Shown here: piece by piece, positions 25,438 through 33,768 of the stretch
Numbering within the stretch: position 1 is the stretch's first letter
Layout of the letters: each line of letters opens with the position of its first letter
DNA from: a virus
Taxonomy: Duplodnaviria; Caudoviricetes
DNA: 44,047 nt
IMG/VR virus record: IMGVR_UViG_3300048857_000003
Coordinates: 1 to 44,047 of that record
Direction: 5' to 3' (one strand)
Notes under the pieces: generated by a model
Told to the model about the DNA's origin: nothing
What the model saw: only the letters and a program-made list of their open reading frames with translations
The model's database searches: none
Position numbers and translations under genes: made by a program

Positions 25438-25641
25438 TTAGCGCTTAGGCTGTTTCCAGGCGCGCTCATCTGGGTTGTTGTGACCTTTTGTAAGGTCGCA
25501 ATCTTTCTCAGGCTCAACCTCAGTTACTGGCTTTATCTCAACGGCATACTGACGAAGCGTAATCTTGCCTTTACGCTGAGCCTTCATCTCGTCCATGCCG
25601 CTCATCATTTCAGTAAACAGGTTGCGTTTCTCTATTTTCAT
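25438..25641 (-). CDS. truncated HigA2-like antitoxin (N-terminal toxin-binding segment only)
   Basis: KRNLFTEMMSGMDEMKAQRKGKITLR resembles the recalled HigA2 N-terminus (RDLFAEL...EGKLTLK); no HTH follows. Confidence 0.6.
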   Translation of the reverse strand: MKIEKRNLFTEMMSGMDEMKAQRKGKITLRQYAVEIKPVTEVEPEKDCDLTKGHNNPDERAWKQPKR

Positions 25642-25722
25642 ACTCTTTCTTGCGATAACGTCGCCAGTTAGCTATCAAAACTTACGCAAGATGCCTCCAC
25701 TTCTCACGAAAAGGAATAGCCG

Positions 25723-25986
25723 GTGAGTGACAAAAACCTACCAAACATCCATCCGGGAGAAATCCTTCGTGAAGAGTTCATGGTGCCTTTAGGCTTATCG
25801 GCTCCCCTCATGGCAGCCTCTACGAATTTGCCGCTAGAGACCATAGAAGGCCTTTGCCAAGAGCATCAGAATATAACCCCTGCTATAGCTACATCTTTGT
25901 CTAAACACTTCGGAACGTCTGTTGAGTTCTGGCTCAACCTGCAAACCCTATTTGATGAATGCGAGCGCGAGCGGGGTAAGCGCTGA
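25723..25986 (+). CDS. higA: orphan HigA (VapI)-family antitoxin
   Basis: IHPGEILREEFMVPLGLS...IT...A..LSKHFGTSVEFWLNLQ; AGGA SD; no higB adjacent. Confidence 0.88.
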   Translation: MSDKNLPNIHPGEILREEFMVPLGLSAPLMAASTNLPLETIEGLCQEHQNITPAIATSLSKHFGTSVEFWLNLQTLFDECERERGKR

Positions 25987-26042
25987 AACTAGCTGAGCGA
26001 AGGCCCATATACCTGCGATAAATATTAAAGCCCATGAAAGCC

Positions 26043-26369
26043 TCATTCCGCAGCCCTCTGCTCAGCCATAACCCTTAGCGCCTCCGCTTCCATAACCCTG
26101 ATGTCATAGAAGATATCAGGGTGTCGTTTCTTCTTCACGCTGCATAGGCGCATCACTTCAGGCAGAACGCCGTAGTCCAGGCCAGTCGCTCCGCAACCAC
26201 CGGTGCGCCATTGGGTACCCATAGCCTCAAATACGGTGAACGAATCCCAATTATCCGGCCAGACCAGAACATCATCGCTGTCCAGGTCGGAGAGGAAAAG
26301 GCCCATAGCCGCAAGCCCCTCCTCGTCACTACGCTCATAAAGCGCCCGGGCAGCGTCCCTTAGTTTCCC
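26043..26369 (-). CDS. tail assembly chaperone, frameshifted C-terminal part (gpT-like)
   Basis: The -1 frame is open from the slippery site into VWPDNW...TQWR..G..GLDY. Confidence 0.8.
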   Translation of the reverse strand, partial: GKLRDAARALYERSDEEGLAAMGLFLSDLDSDDVLVWPDNWDSFTVFEAMGTQWRTGGCGATGLDYGVLPEVMRLCSVKKKRHPDIFYDIRVMEAEALRVMAEQRAAE

Positions 26370-26674
26370 ATTCGTGCCTGACGGATCTCATCCAGATAGG
26401 TAGAGATGATTGCCTTCCCGGCGCCCTGGTAGTTCTGGATCAAGCGAAGGATATTTTCATCGTTGAATTCATCCTCCAGCTCCCATCCCACCGTTACCGC
26501 TTTGATCGACTCCACTTCAGTCATGTCCTTGGCGCTGGCAGATACTTCTGCCAGCTCGTCCTTGGTCATGTGCTTGAAGGTGAAGCGGACGCTTTCCGTG
26601 CCTTTACCGTGTACCGGAACCTGCACAGCGGCATCAAAGGTCGGGTTAGGGTCTAGCTTGAACTTCTTACTCAT
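26360..26674 (-). CDS. tail assembly chaperone (gpG-like)
   Basis: FKLDPNPTF...GWELEDEF; ends ATG GGA AAC TAA. Confidence 0.85.
   Translation of the reverse strand: MSKKFKLDPNPTFDAAVQVPVHGKGTESVRFTFKHMTKDELAEVSASAKDMTEVESIKAVTVGWELEDEFNDENILRLIQNYQGAGKAIISTYLDEIRQARMGN
26363..26369 (-). promoter_or_regulatory. programmed -1 frameshift site GGGAAAC
   Basis: X XXY YYZ heptamer in frame just before the gpG stop. Confidence 0.85.
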
Positions 26675-26682
26675 GGATCACC

Positions 26683-27330
26683 TTATGCGGCGTAGCGGAC
26701 GGGACGGCCAGCCAATGACAGGGTTACAGTGCGCGTCATCAGGTTATTACGGCCCAAGGTCGGCGTGGCACTCATGGATGTGTAGGCGTTGTAAAGAATC
26801 CGCGAGCGGTTAGGCAGATTGAGACGCCATGCGCGAGGCTCACGATCTTCATCAGCAGCCTCTACTACCGGCACATAGGGCTGGGTTGGGTCATCAGCTA
26901 CGGTAAGCGTCATGCTGATTGCTGATTTGGTTGTAGGTAGCTGACGGTCCTCATCCTCAGCAAGGAAGCCGAAAGTGGCAAATTGCTGCTCACCGCCTGA
27001 CGTCGCTACATCGGTGATTTGGGTGACTTCAACCCATGTCAAAACCTGACGCACAGAGCCAGCGCCGCCGCCTGCTGTGTAAACCGCAGTGTTAGCGGTA
27101 TCAACTGACTCAAGCTCGAATGTATCCGCAGTCGGATTTGCTACACGGAATGGACGGTCGTTAAGTCTGGTCCAACTGCTTGTGAATACGATGATGTCGC
27201 CTTCATCCAAGCTATGACCAGCAGCAGTGACAACGGCAGGGTTGGCATTCGTTACAGCGGTTACGGCCACAGCGGTGCCGTAGGTCGCACCAACTTCCAT
27301 CGTTGAGCCGTTAGGGAGGCGATAAGCCAT
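26683..27330 (-). CDS. major tail tube protein
   Basis: MAYRLPNGST...TNANPAV...SGGEQQF; GAGGA SD before ATG 27330. Confidence 0.88.
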   Translation of the reverse strand: MAYRLPNGSTMEVGATYGTAVAVTAVTNANPAVVTAAGHSLDEGDIIVFTSSWTRLNDRPFRVANPTADTFELESVDTANTAVYTAGGGAGSVRQVLTWVEVTQITDVATSGGEQQFATFGFLAEDEDRQLPTTKSAISMTLTVADDPTQPYVPVVEAADEDREPRAWRLNLPNRSRILYNAYTSMSATPTLGRNNLMTRTVTLSLAGRPVRYAA

Positions 27331-27354
27331 TGCGTTTTCCTCATTGCAGAAATG

Positions 27355-27378
27355 AAAAAACCCGCTCAATGGCGGGTC
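27355..27378 (-). terminator. intrinsic terminator upstream of the tail tube gene
   Basis: ACCCGC-cattga-GCGGGT followed by a T run on the minus strand. Confidence 0.7.
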
Positions 27379-27401
27379 TTGGTGTTGCCCCAACGGGCGG
27401 A

Positions 27402-27815
27402 TTAGGCTTCGGTGTCAGCGCGATAGGTGAAGGACGCTGGCACTGTGAAGGTCGTGTCTTGCGGGATGGCCCTAGCCACAGCTACAGGCGTGATGATCTG
27501 GACGACAAACGCCCCCTTGCTAAGGCGGTCATTCAGCGGATAAAGAGCGGATAGCTCATCCGCCAGGGCTTCCCCTGCCCCGGCACCCTTCCCTGCCGGA
27601 GTCACTACACTGACCTGGAATATGCCGGTGTACTCTCTGTGGTCGCCGGACAGTGTGAGCGAATCAGTCAGCGCCGGAAGCAGAGTGGCGGTCAGGTATG
27701 TTTCACCGGAGTTCGGTTGGAAATTAACGTTCTGATACGCAACTCGCAGGCCTTTAGTCTTTGCCCATCCAGCGAGGCGTGATTCAAAGAGTTCTCGGCA
27801 AAGTCTATGGCTCAT
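27402..27815 (-). CDS. tail terminator-like protein (DUF4128-like)
   Basis: VAYQNVNF.P, YTGIFQVSVVTPAGKG. Confidence 0.75.
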   Translation of the reverse strand: MSHRLCRELFESRLAGWAKTKGLRVAYQNVNFQPNSGETYLTATLLPALTDSLTLSGDHREYTGIFQVSVVTPAGKGAGAGEALADELSALYPLNDRLSKGAFVVQIITPVAVARAIPQDTTFTVPASFTYRADTEA

Positions 27816-28258
27816 ACTTTATGCTCCGCCGCTGCATCCCTGACTATCTTCTGAAATCTGGCCTGTGTGATCCGAACGAAGCCTTCTGGAGCTTTGCGAC
27901 TAAACCCTTGATCTGTAACGAGATCGGTAGGCCCGTTGTAGCCGCCATATTCCAGGAGAGGACCGTAGGGGAGATTATTAATAATGTACGCCACTTGCCC
28001 AGCGTTGAATGTATTCGCCTCGGCCACAAGCTTTTGAATGGTTTCTCTGCCGTCTTGATCTTGCACCTCAAGAACCCCGGCAGGAGGGGTTTCAATGCTG
28101 AACTGCCAGTTACCACGAAATCGGCCACTTTCGACCGGTGACATACGAATCAACGAAGAACCAGCGTCGATAATTATCGATCGACAAACATCGTCCAAGG
28201 CACCACCAACCTTCTCTGCCCATTCACGAATAGCAAGAGAGAATGTATTGCTACTCAT
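27812..28258 (-). CDS. HK97 gp10-like neck protein
   Basis: SPVESGRFRGNW, NNLPYGPLLEYG, KAPEGFVR. Confidence 0.8.
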   Translation of the reverse strand: MSSNTFSLAIREWAEKVGGALDDVCRSIIIDAGSSLIRMSPVESGRFRGNWQFSIETPPAGVLEVQDQDGRETIQKLVAEANTFNAGQVAYIINNLPYGPLLEYGGYNGPTDLVTDQGFSRKAPEGFVRITQARFQKIVRDAAAEHKV

Positions 28259-28623
28259 GCCCTCACCTGCAATGTGTAGATCAGCGGAGTCCCGGCTGGA
28301 TTGGTTTCTCCAGCGTTAATGACGCTGTAAGTTCGACCTTGAACGACAGCCTTGTTTGCTAGCTGTGGCGGCCATTCAAGGTCTTTGGCCGCAATCTTTA
28401 GCTTCTTGTCTCCGGTCTGAATCAGGCTTGAGGCCTCAAACTCTTGGCCGGTGTATTCCAGTAGGATGCCTTGTGCTGGCTGCTCCTGGGCCACGCCGTC
28501 GCCAATGGTGCCAGTCTCAGGATCGTATTCACCGGGTTCTGTACGCTGCAAGGCGACTGTCTGCCCGAACTCGGTGATCAATTCGAGCGCTACGTCTGCC
28601 ATCTCATCATAGAAGTCAGACAT
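28255..28623 (-). CDS. head closure / head-tail connector
   Basis: FYDEMA...EFGQ...YDPETG...LQVR. Confidence 0.75.
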   Translation of the reverse strand: MSDFYDEMADVALELITEFGQTVALQRTEPGEYDPETGTIGDGVAQEQPAQGILLEYTGQEFEASSLIQTGDKKLKIAAKDLEWPPQLANKAVVQGRTYSVINAGETNPAGTPLIYTLQVRA

Positions 28624-28625
28624 AG

Positions 28626-29129
28626 CTAAGCCCTCACAGCAAAGAGGCCGCGGCGGTCTAAGTAGTCGGCAAATTGCGTCTGGCTTGGACGGTTAGGCGC
28701 CGCCGGGAGCAGTCTGCCAGTGGTATTGGTGATCTGCGCGTACTCAACCTCTACGGCACCCTCTACACGCTTACGGATCACGGCACCCTGCCTTGTTTCA
28801 GGAGGCGCTAGGTCATCAGCATGAATCTCAGTAGCTAGTGCCAGCTGCCCGTAGAAGATTTCTCGGGGGATGTAGTTCGAGCGCTTATAGGCGCCGTCTA
28901 CCTGGACACCCTCACGAGGCCAAGCCAAAGACTGTTCCTCGTGAGCGCGCCGTCCCTTCCATTTCATGCCGTTCATCACCAGAGCAGCACGACGAAGCAA
29001 GGCTTCCTGAGCCGCTTCCTCGGTAGGAATGGTCGCGCCGAACTTATCGGCATACGCGACCAACTCCGCTGCGGTAGCGTAGCTCTCTGCGTCCGGCTCG
29101 CCCGCGCCGCTTTCGATGATGAGCGTCAT
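28626..29129 (-). CDS. head-tail adaptor (DnaT-like annotated family)
   Basis: DAESYAT...WKG...QSLAWPR. Confidence 0.75.
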   Translation of the reverse strand: MTLIIESGAGEPDAESYATAAELVAYADKFGATIPTEEAAQEALLRRAALVMNGMKWKGRRAHEEQSLAWPREGVQVDGAYKRSNYIPREIFYGQLALATEIHADDLAPPETRQGAVIRKRVEGAVEVEYAQITNTTGRLLPAAPNRPSQTQFADYLDRRGLFAVRA

Positions 29130-29132
29130 GTC

Positions 29133-29447
29133 TTACTCCTGGTTCAGCAGTTCAAGCAGTTCGGCTTTGGTAGCGGTGGCACTGTACTCAATACCTTTGG
29201 CGTCAAGCTGAGCTTTGATCTGATCTTTGGTCAGGTTGTCGCTTGAGAATTGGGTGGTAGCAGTGGATGCGTCAGCCCCGCCACCGTTGTTGCGCGCAGC
29301 TGTCTCGTTTACAGGAGTGCGAGCCGTCTCTACACCGCCGGTCTCACCCACAGTCTGAGGACCTACGGTGATGTTTTCAGCCGTACCGCCAAAACCCCAA
29401 CGGGCCTTGTTATTCGGGTCAATGTACTTGTCTTTTTCGATGGTCAT
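29133..29447 (-). CDS. HeH/LEM-domain protein
   Basis: LTKDQIKAQLDAKGIEYSATATKAELLELL. Confidence 0.75.
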   Translation of the reverse strand: MTIEKDKYIDPNNKARWGFGGTAENITVGPQTVGETGGVETARTPVNETAARNNGGGADASTATTQFSSDNLTKDQIKAQLDAKGIEYSATATKAELLELLNQE

Positions 29448-29495
29448 GCGATTTCTCCTTTAGATCAGCCAGCCCCCGAAGGGGCTAGCATGCGA

Positions 29496-30515
29496 TCAGG
29501 CCGATACAGTAGAAGTAACGAAAGCCAGCGGGACTTCCTTACGGTTGAATTTGCGCGCCCAGTTTGTGGGGTCGGCAAGGTCAGCCCAGTTAGCCGAAAC
29601 AGGACGGCTTGTTCCAGGCGTTCCGGTGATCTTGGCGCCGGTAAAGCTGTAGCCCAACGGATGGATGACGAAGTTACGGCGAGTCCACAGGGTCTCAGTG
29701 CCGCCACCATTGCCACGATCTGGAGCGCGCTCGTACTCAAGGCCATCTTCACCCGCTGGCTGCTGCTCTTCGTAACCGATAGCACCCGGGCCAAAGATAA
29801 CGGACAGGTAACGAGCCTCAGCACCGGTGCCGATTACTGGCATGCTGTCATCAACCACAACGCGCATACCCTGGAAGCGGCCAAACTCTGGGATTTGGTC
29901 AGCAAGCGGAGTGAAGTCAATCAGGTTCAGGATCTGCAGCTCGGTCTGAACGGCAGAGTGCATAGCGATGACACTCAGGCCGCCCAGCTGACCGGTGTAG
30001 TCGCCCATAGTGGCCTTGGCACGGATGACAGAAGCTGCATCGATAATGCCAGGAGCGGCTACAACCATGTCGCCACCGTTATTGGTGACGTTGGCGTTAT
30101 AGATCCCGATAGTGCTTGCGATAGTGCGGCGCTGAGCCACGCGCTGCCAGTAGCTGGTCAGGCGGCCTGCGACGAACTCAAGCGGGTCCTGCTTGGTGAT
30201 GTTCTTCACCAGATTCATGCAGTTCCAACCTTCGTTCAAGTACGCAGCGCGGGCCTGCATGCTTGCACTGGTCACAGACAGCGGCACTGCGATGTCCGTG
30301 TACACGTCGTTCGAGTAGTTCGACTCGATAGATGCGTCCAGATCCACCCACCATGGAATGGTGAAGGTGTTGGACGGGCTGGCCAGCAGCTGAGCCATGT
30401 CGTTGTTCTGAACCAGGATGCCTGACTGGAAGAACGCAGTACGCTCAGAGGTGTTTACGTTGATGTAATCGCGGAGTTCGTCGCGGAAGACCACATCAGA
30501 AAGAATGGTAGGCAT
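29496..30515 (-). CDS. major capsid protein
   Basis: 339 aa after the scaffold gene; AFFQSGI, IAMHSAV, GMRVVVDD, HPLGYSF. Confidence 0.88.
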   Translation of the reverse strand: MPTILSDVVFRDELRDYINVNTSERTAFFQSGILVQNNDMAQLLASPSNTFTIPWWVDLDASIESNYSNDVYTDIAVPLSVTSASMQARAAYLNEGWNCMNLVKNITKQDPLEFVAGRLTSYWQRVAQRRTIASTIGIYNANVTNNGGDMVVAAPGIIDAASVIRAKATMGDYTGQLGGLSVIAMHSAVQTELQILNLIDFTPLADQIPEFGRFQGMRVVVDDSMPVIGTGAEARYLSVIFGPGAIGYEEQQPAGEDGLEYERAPDRGNGGGTETLWTRRNFVIHPLGYSFTGAKITGTPGTSRPVSANWADLADPTNWARKFNRKEVPLAFVTSTVSA

Positions 30516-30526
30516 TGCTTATTTCC

Positions 30527-31249
30527 TTAATGAGCTGCCGACTGCGCTTTCAGGCGCTCGTATTCGGCGGGATTGTTACGGCGGAGCTCTACTCGCTCCA
30601 TGCCACTTAGTTGGTTAAAGCTCTTTGCGGCCCCGCCGCTCTTGCTACCACCAGCCCCGCCGCCGGTAGCTCTCGACCCTGCAATCAGCGGAGCCAATGC
30701 CGGATCGTTCATAACTTCAGTTCGGTACTCAGCCACCGTCAGTGCAGTGGGACGGCCTTCGTGGTCGAGCACCACAACCGATGGCTTGCCGTCTCGGATC
30801 TCCATGCTCAGACGTGGAGCAATAAGCCGCTCCAGAACGCCTGCACTGCCCTGTACGGCGAGTTCGCCCGCAAGGGATGCGGCAGTAGCGCCTACGGTCA
30901 GCTTTTGAATCTGAGCCTGTAGAGAAGCAAGCGTCTGCTCCTTGTCGGTCAGGGCTTTGGTGTACTTCTCTTCCCAGGACTTCTGAAGAGCATCGACATC
31001 GCCTGTCTTACGGGCATGTTCTTCTGCAACACGCTTGGCTTCTTCTTCAGCTATACGGCGTTTTTCAGCCTCAGCCTTCTTCTCAGCCAGCAACTCCTGG
31101 AGCTTGGCCTTCAGCCCGGTCACGTCTTCTGATTGCTGGGGTTGAGGAATGCCCTCGACCTGCAGATAGAACTTGCCGTCTTTTTCGGCGTACATAGCAG
31201 CCTGAGCCGGTTCCAGCCCTTCAAGGCTGTCCAGTACAAATTTGAGCAT
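30527..31249 (-). CDS. capsid scaffolding protein
   Basis: Coiled coil, Gly-rich SRATGGGAGG, upstream of the capsid gene. Confidence 0.8.
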   Translation of the reverse strand: MLKFVLDSLEGLEPAQAAMYAEKDGKFYLQVEGIPQPQQSEDVTGLKAKLQELLAEKKAEAEKRRIAEEEAKRVAEEHARKTGDVDALQKSWEEKYTKALTDKEQTLASLQAQIQKLTVGATAASLAGELAVQGSAGVLERLIAPRLSMEIRDGKPSVVVLDHEGRPTALTVAEYRTEVMNDPALAPLIAGSRATGGGAGGSKSGGAAKSFNQLSGMERVELRRNNPAEYERLKAQSAAH

Positions 31250-31295
31250 TGGAGATGTCTCCCAGAGACGATGTGTAGGCCCTGCCTACGGATAT

Positions 31296-31321
31296 AAAAA
31301 AGCCCCGGAGGTCCGAGGCTT
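31296..31321 (-). terminator. terminator after the SGNH gene
   Basis: AAGCCTCGGA-cc-TCCGGGGCTT followed by a T run on the minus strand. Confidence 0.7.
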
Positions 31322-31325
31322 GGAT

Positions 31326-32633
31326 TTATTGCATGTGGTCTAAGGCCATCCGGATATACGGCTTGACGACCTCTTTAAGCGCGTCATGACCTGAGTCGTT
31401 CGGATGTACGTTGTCAATGGTAAGCCCGACTTTGATCTGATCCTGTCCGGCTGCGTCTCGCGTGCCCGTAATGGCGGCGGCATAGCCTTTCATGACGATC
31501 CCGTTCACTACCCCAGGCAGAAACTTGGCGTTGTAGTCACGGCGAATCTGATCATTTGCACCGACATTGCGGTAACTCGTATTCACCGGCGTTGCTTCCG
31601 GGAAAAAGATCAGCGGCTTCATGTTGCGCTGCTGTAATGCTGCGTATACCCGACCTAGTGAGGCCTTGTATCGGCGCTGGGCGGCAACTGTCATGCCTGT
31701 ATTGGCTGCTACATCGTTACCCGACCAAGGCGCATATGTCAGGATCGTGGGTTTAACCTTGTCGATGTGGTCTTCAATCATCCGGCTGTATACGTCAGGT
31801 GCCTGAGCATGTAGCCCAGCGTTGAAGTATTCGATTGGCTTTTCAGGCGTGCTCAGCTCATAGCAGGCTCTCTGGATAGCGCCGTAATCTCGTACTTGGC
31901 CGCCTAAGCCTTCCTGAATACTGTCGCCCATGATCATGACCTGATGACCGCGCTTAGTCGTCATGTACTGGATCGCTGGAACGACTGCTTTCGTATCGCC
32001 ACCAGAGGTCACGATATTATTCTGGGTAAAGGCCGTCTTGGTCGTAACGCCTAGAACCTCCTGGTTCGTGCTGCGGTAGATCCGTGGTGCCGATGAGCCA
32101 CGCCAGAAGTAGAGGTCGTTGTATGGCGTCGTCAGAGTGGAACCTGCTGGATACTCGATGCGGACCATAACCAGAGGCCGACCAGATGCTGAATCAGTTC
32201 TGGGCATACTGGGCAGGTAGATCATGTCCGAGTAGGTCAGGCTGTATCGTTCCTCAGCAATCCGTGCCGGTAAGTCAATTGATGCGGCACCGTTATTCCA
32301 GGTGACATCGATCCATTCACTGGCTTCAGGACTGGTAAAGACTTGATAGTCAGCAGCCGGGACAGCTCCAGCTACGCCTACGCAAGCTTTAACGCCCGTC
32401 ACGGCAGCAGTATGGATGTTCGGGATTCCGATACGAAAGCCCAGAAACTCAGCTTCAAGCTCAATCACCATATTGAATGTGATCGCATTAGCTGCGGCTT
32501 GAGGCTTCATCCGGCCAAACAGGTGCTTTGTAAATACGCTTGTTCCAGTAGTCAGGAACGATTCCAACTGATTGCGCTTATCCTGCTCCTCGTAATAAGC
32601 AGCCATAGCGTGTGGGAATGGCTTTCTTGCCAT
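31326..32633 (-). CDS. SGNH/GDSL hydrolase (esterase) with a large N-terminal beta-rich domain
   Basis: All four blocks present: GDS (VMIMGDSIQEG), G (NAG), N (SGND), DxxH (DNVHP). Confidence 0.85.
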   Translation of the reverse strand: MARKPFPHAMAAYYEEQDKRNQLESFLTTGTSVFTKHLFGRMKPQAAANAITFNMVIELEAEFLGFRIGIPNIHTAAVTGVKACVGVAGAVPAADYQVFTSPEASEWIDVTWNNGAASIDLPARIAEERYSLTYSDMIYLPSMPRTDSASGRPLVMVRIEYPAGSTLTTPYNDLYFWRGSSAPRIYRSTNQEVLGVTTKTAFTQNNIVTSGGDTKAVVPAIQYMTTKRGHQVMIMGDSIQEGLGGQVRDYGAIQRACYELSTPEKPIEYFNAGLHAQAPDVYSRMIEDHIDKVKPTILTYAPWSGNDVAANTGMTVAAQRRYKASLGRVYAALQQRNMKPLIFFPEATPVNTSYRNVGANDQIRRDYNAKFLPGVVNGIVMKGYAAAITGTRDAAGQDQIKVGLTIDNVHPNDSGHDALKEVVKPYIRMALDHMQ

Positions 32634-32661
32634 GTTTTTCTTCCGTTGTGGGTGGTCGTTC

Positions 32662-33768
32662 CTATATCCCGGCTCGCTCGAAGGCTAGCGGCTCTAGCCG
32701 TCTAATCTCTTCAAGCGTCATTGGTGAGAAATTCCTGTCCAGCTGCAGCTGAGAGAAGCGCTCGGCACTCAATCCGCCGTCAATAAACAGCTTTGCTCGT
32801 GACTTGCCTAAAGCCTGCTCAATAAACTCTCTTGGCTGTTTTTTAAGCCATGAATAGTATGTTTCGCTGGCACTGACCTGCTTTCCACCGTCAGAGCCTT
32901 TAGAGGACCTTGTAGCGCCTTGACTGAACAGCTTGGAAAACTTAGTGATCGGTACGATGGTTGACCGGCAATTGACATGAATCGGAGGCCTTGGCCCTGC
33001 ATCGACCGGGAACCGTTGGCCGTCCAGCGTCTTGCATTGCGGTGTAGTGCGGCTGTCCAGGGTTGACACCCACTCAACCTCAGTCACCACATCGCTATTA
33101 GCCTTGAGCGTTTCGTTCCTTGCCTGACTGGCTACGTGCTGAACCGCTGTCCTAACCACTGCCGAAGCGTTGCGGTCGGTGATAGCCAGAATGCCGTCTT
33201 TGTACTGCTGAGCCTTTGTGCCTCGGATAGCCTGGATGATCTGCGTATTGGTCTGGCCTTCGAAGAAGCCCTGCCGTACTGCGCCTACCACACGTTGTCG
33301 CTCTGTCTGCGTCCAGCCATCAATGAAGCTGGCTAGTAGCTTGCCGCCATCTGTACCACGCACCGATAAAGGGTTGGTCGTGATGGCTGCCTTGATCGCC
33401 GCTGCGCCTGGTAGCACCGCCTCAAACGTCACAGCCGCCTCTACGCTTGCCGTAGCCACTGCCGCCGCGTTGTTCAGGCTGGATGCCTCGAACTGGGCTT
33501 CGTAGACGGCAAGGTCAACCAGATCAAGCTGAAGTTGGTCAGTGAAGCGGGAGAAGATAGCCAGCAACAGACTGTCTATCTGGTCTAGCAGCTTCTCCTG
33601 CCGCTTACGGCTGTACTCGGTGATGTCTGGGTCGCTCAGCTTCTCCCTGATCTTGCGGTCAAGCTCCTTCAGGAATGGGGCAAACTTGGCGACCTCGTTG
33701 GACTTCAGCTTTTCGAGCAGGACAGCGTGACGAACCGTGGCATCAAACAGCGCTGGATTCGCCGCCAT
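32662..33768 (-). CDS. minor head protein (SPP1 gp7 / Mu F family)
   Basis: WVSTLDSRTTPQCKTLDG...PPIHVNCRS. Confidence 0.92.
   Translation of the reverse strand: MAANPALFDATVRHAVLLEKLKSNEVAKFAPFLKELDRKIREKLSDPDITEYSRKRQEKLLDQIDSLLLAIFSRFTDQLQLDLVDLAVYEAQFEASSLNNAAAVATASVEAAVTFEAVLPGAAAIKAAITTNPLSVRGTDGGKLLASFIDGWTQTERQRVVGAVRQGFFEGQTNTQIIQAIRGTKAQQYKDGILAITDRNASAVVRTAVQHVASQARNETLKANSDVVTEVEWVSTLDSRTTPQCKTLDGQRFPVDAGPRPPIHVNCRSTIVPITKFSKLFSQGATRSSKGSDGGKQVSASETYYSWLKKQPREFIEQALGKSRAKLFIDGGLSAERFSQLQLDRNFSPMTLEEIRRLEPLAFERAGI

Noticed and set aside
29467-29489. Terminator after the major capsid gene
   Set aside because: Strong UUCG hairpin but no U-tract; more likely an mRNA-stabilising stem
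29250-30425. 391-aa plus-strand ORF
   Set aside because: Antisense shadow of the codon-biased major capsid gene
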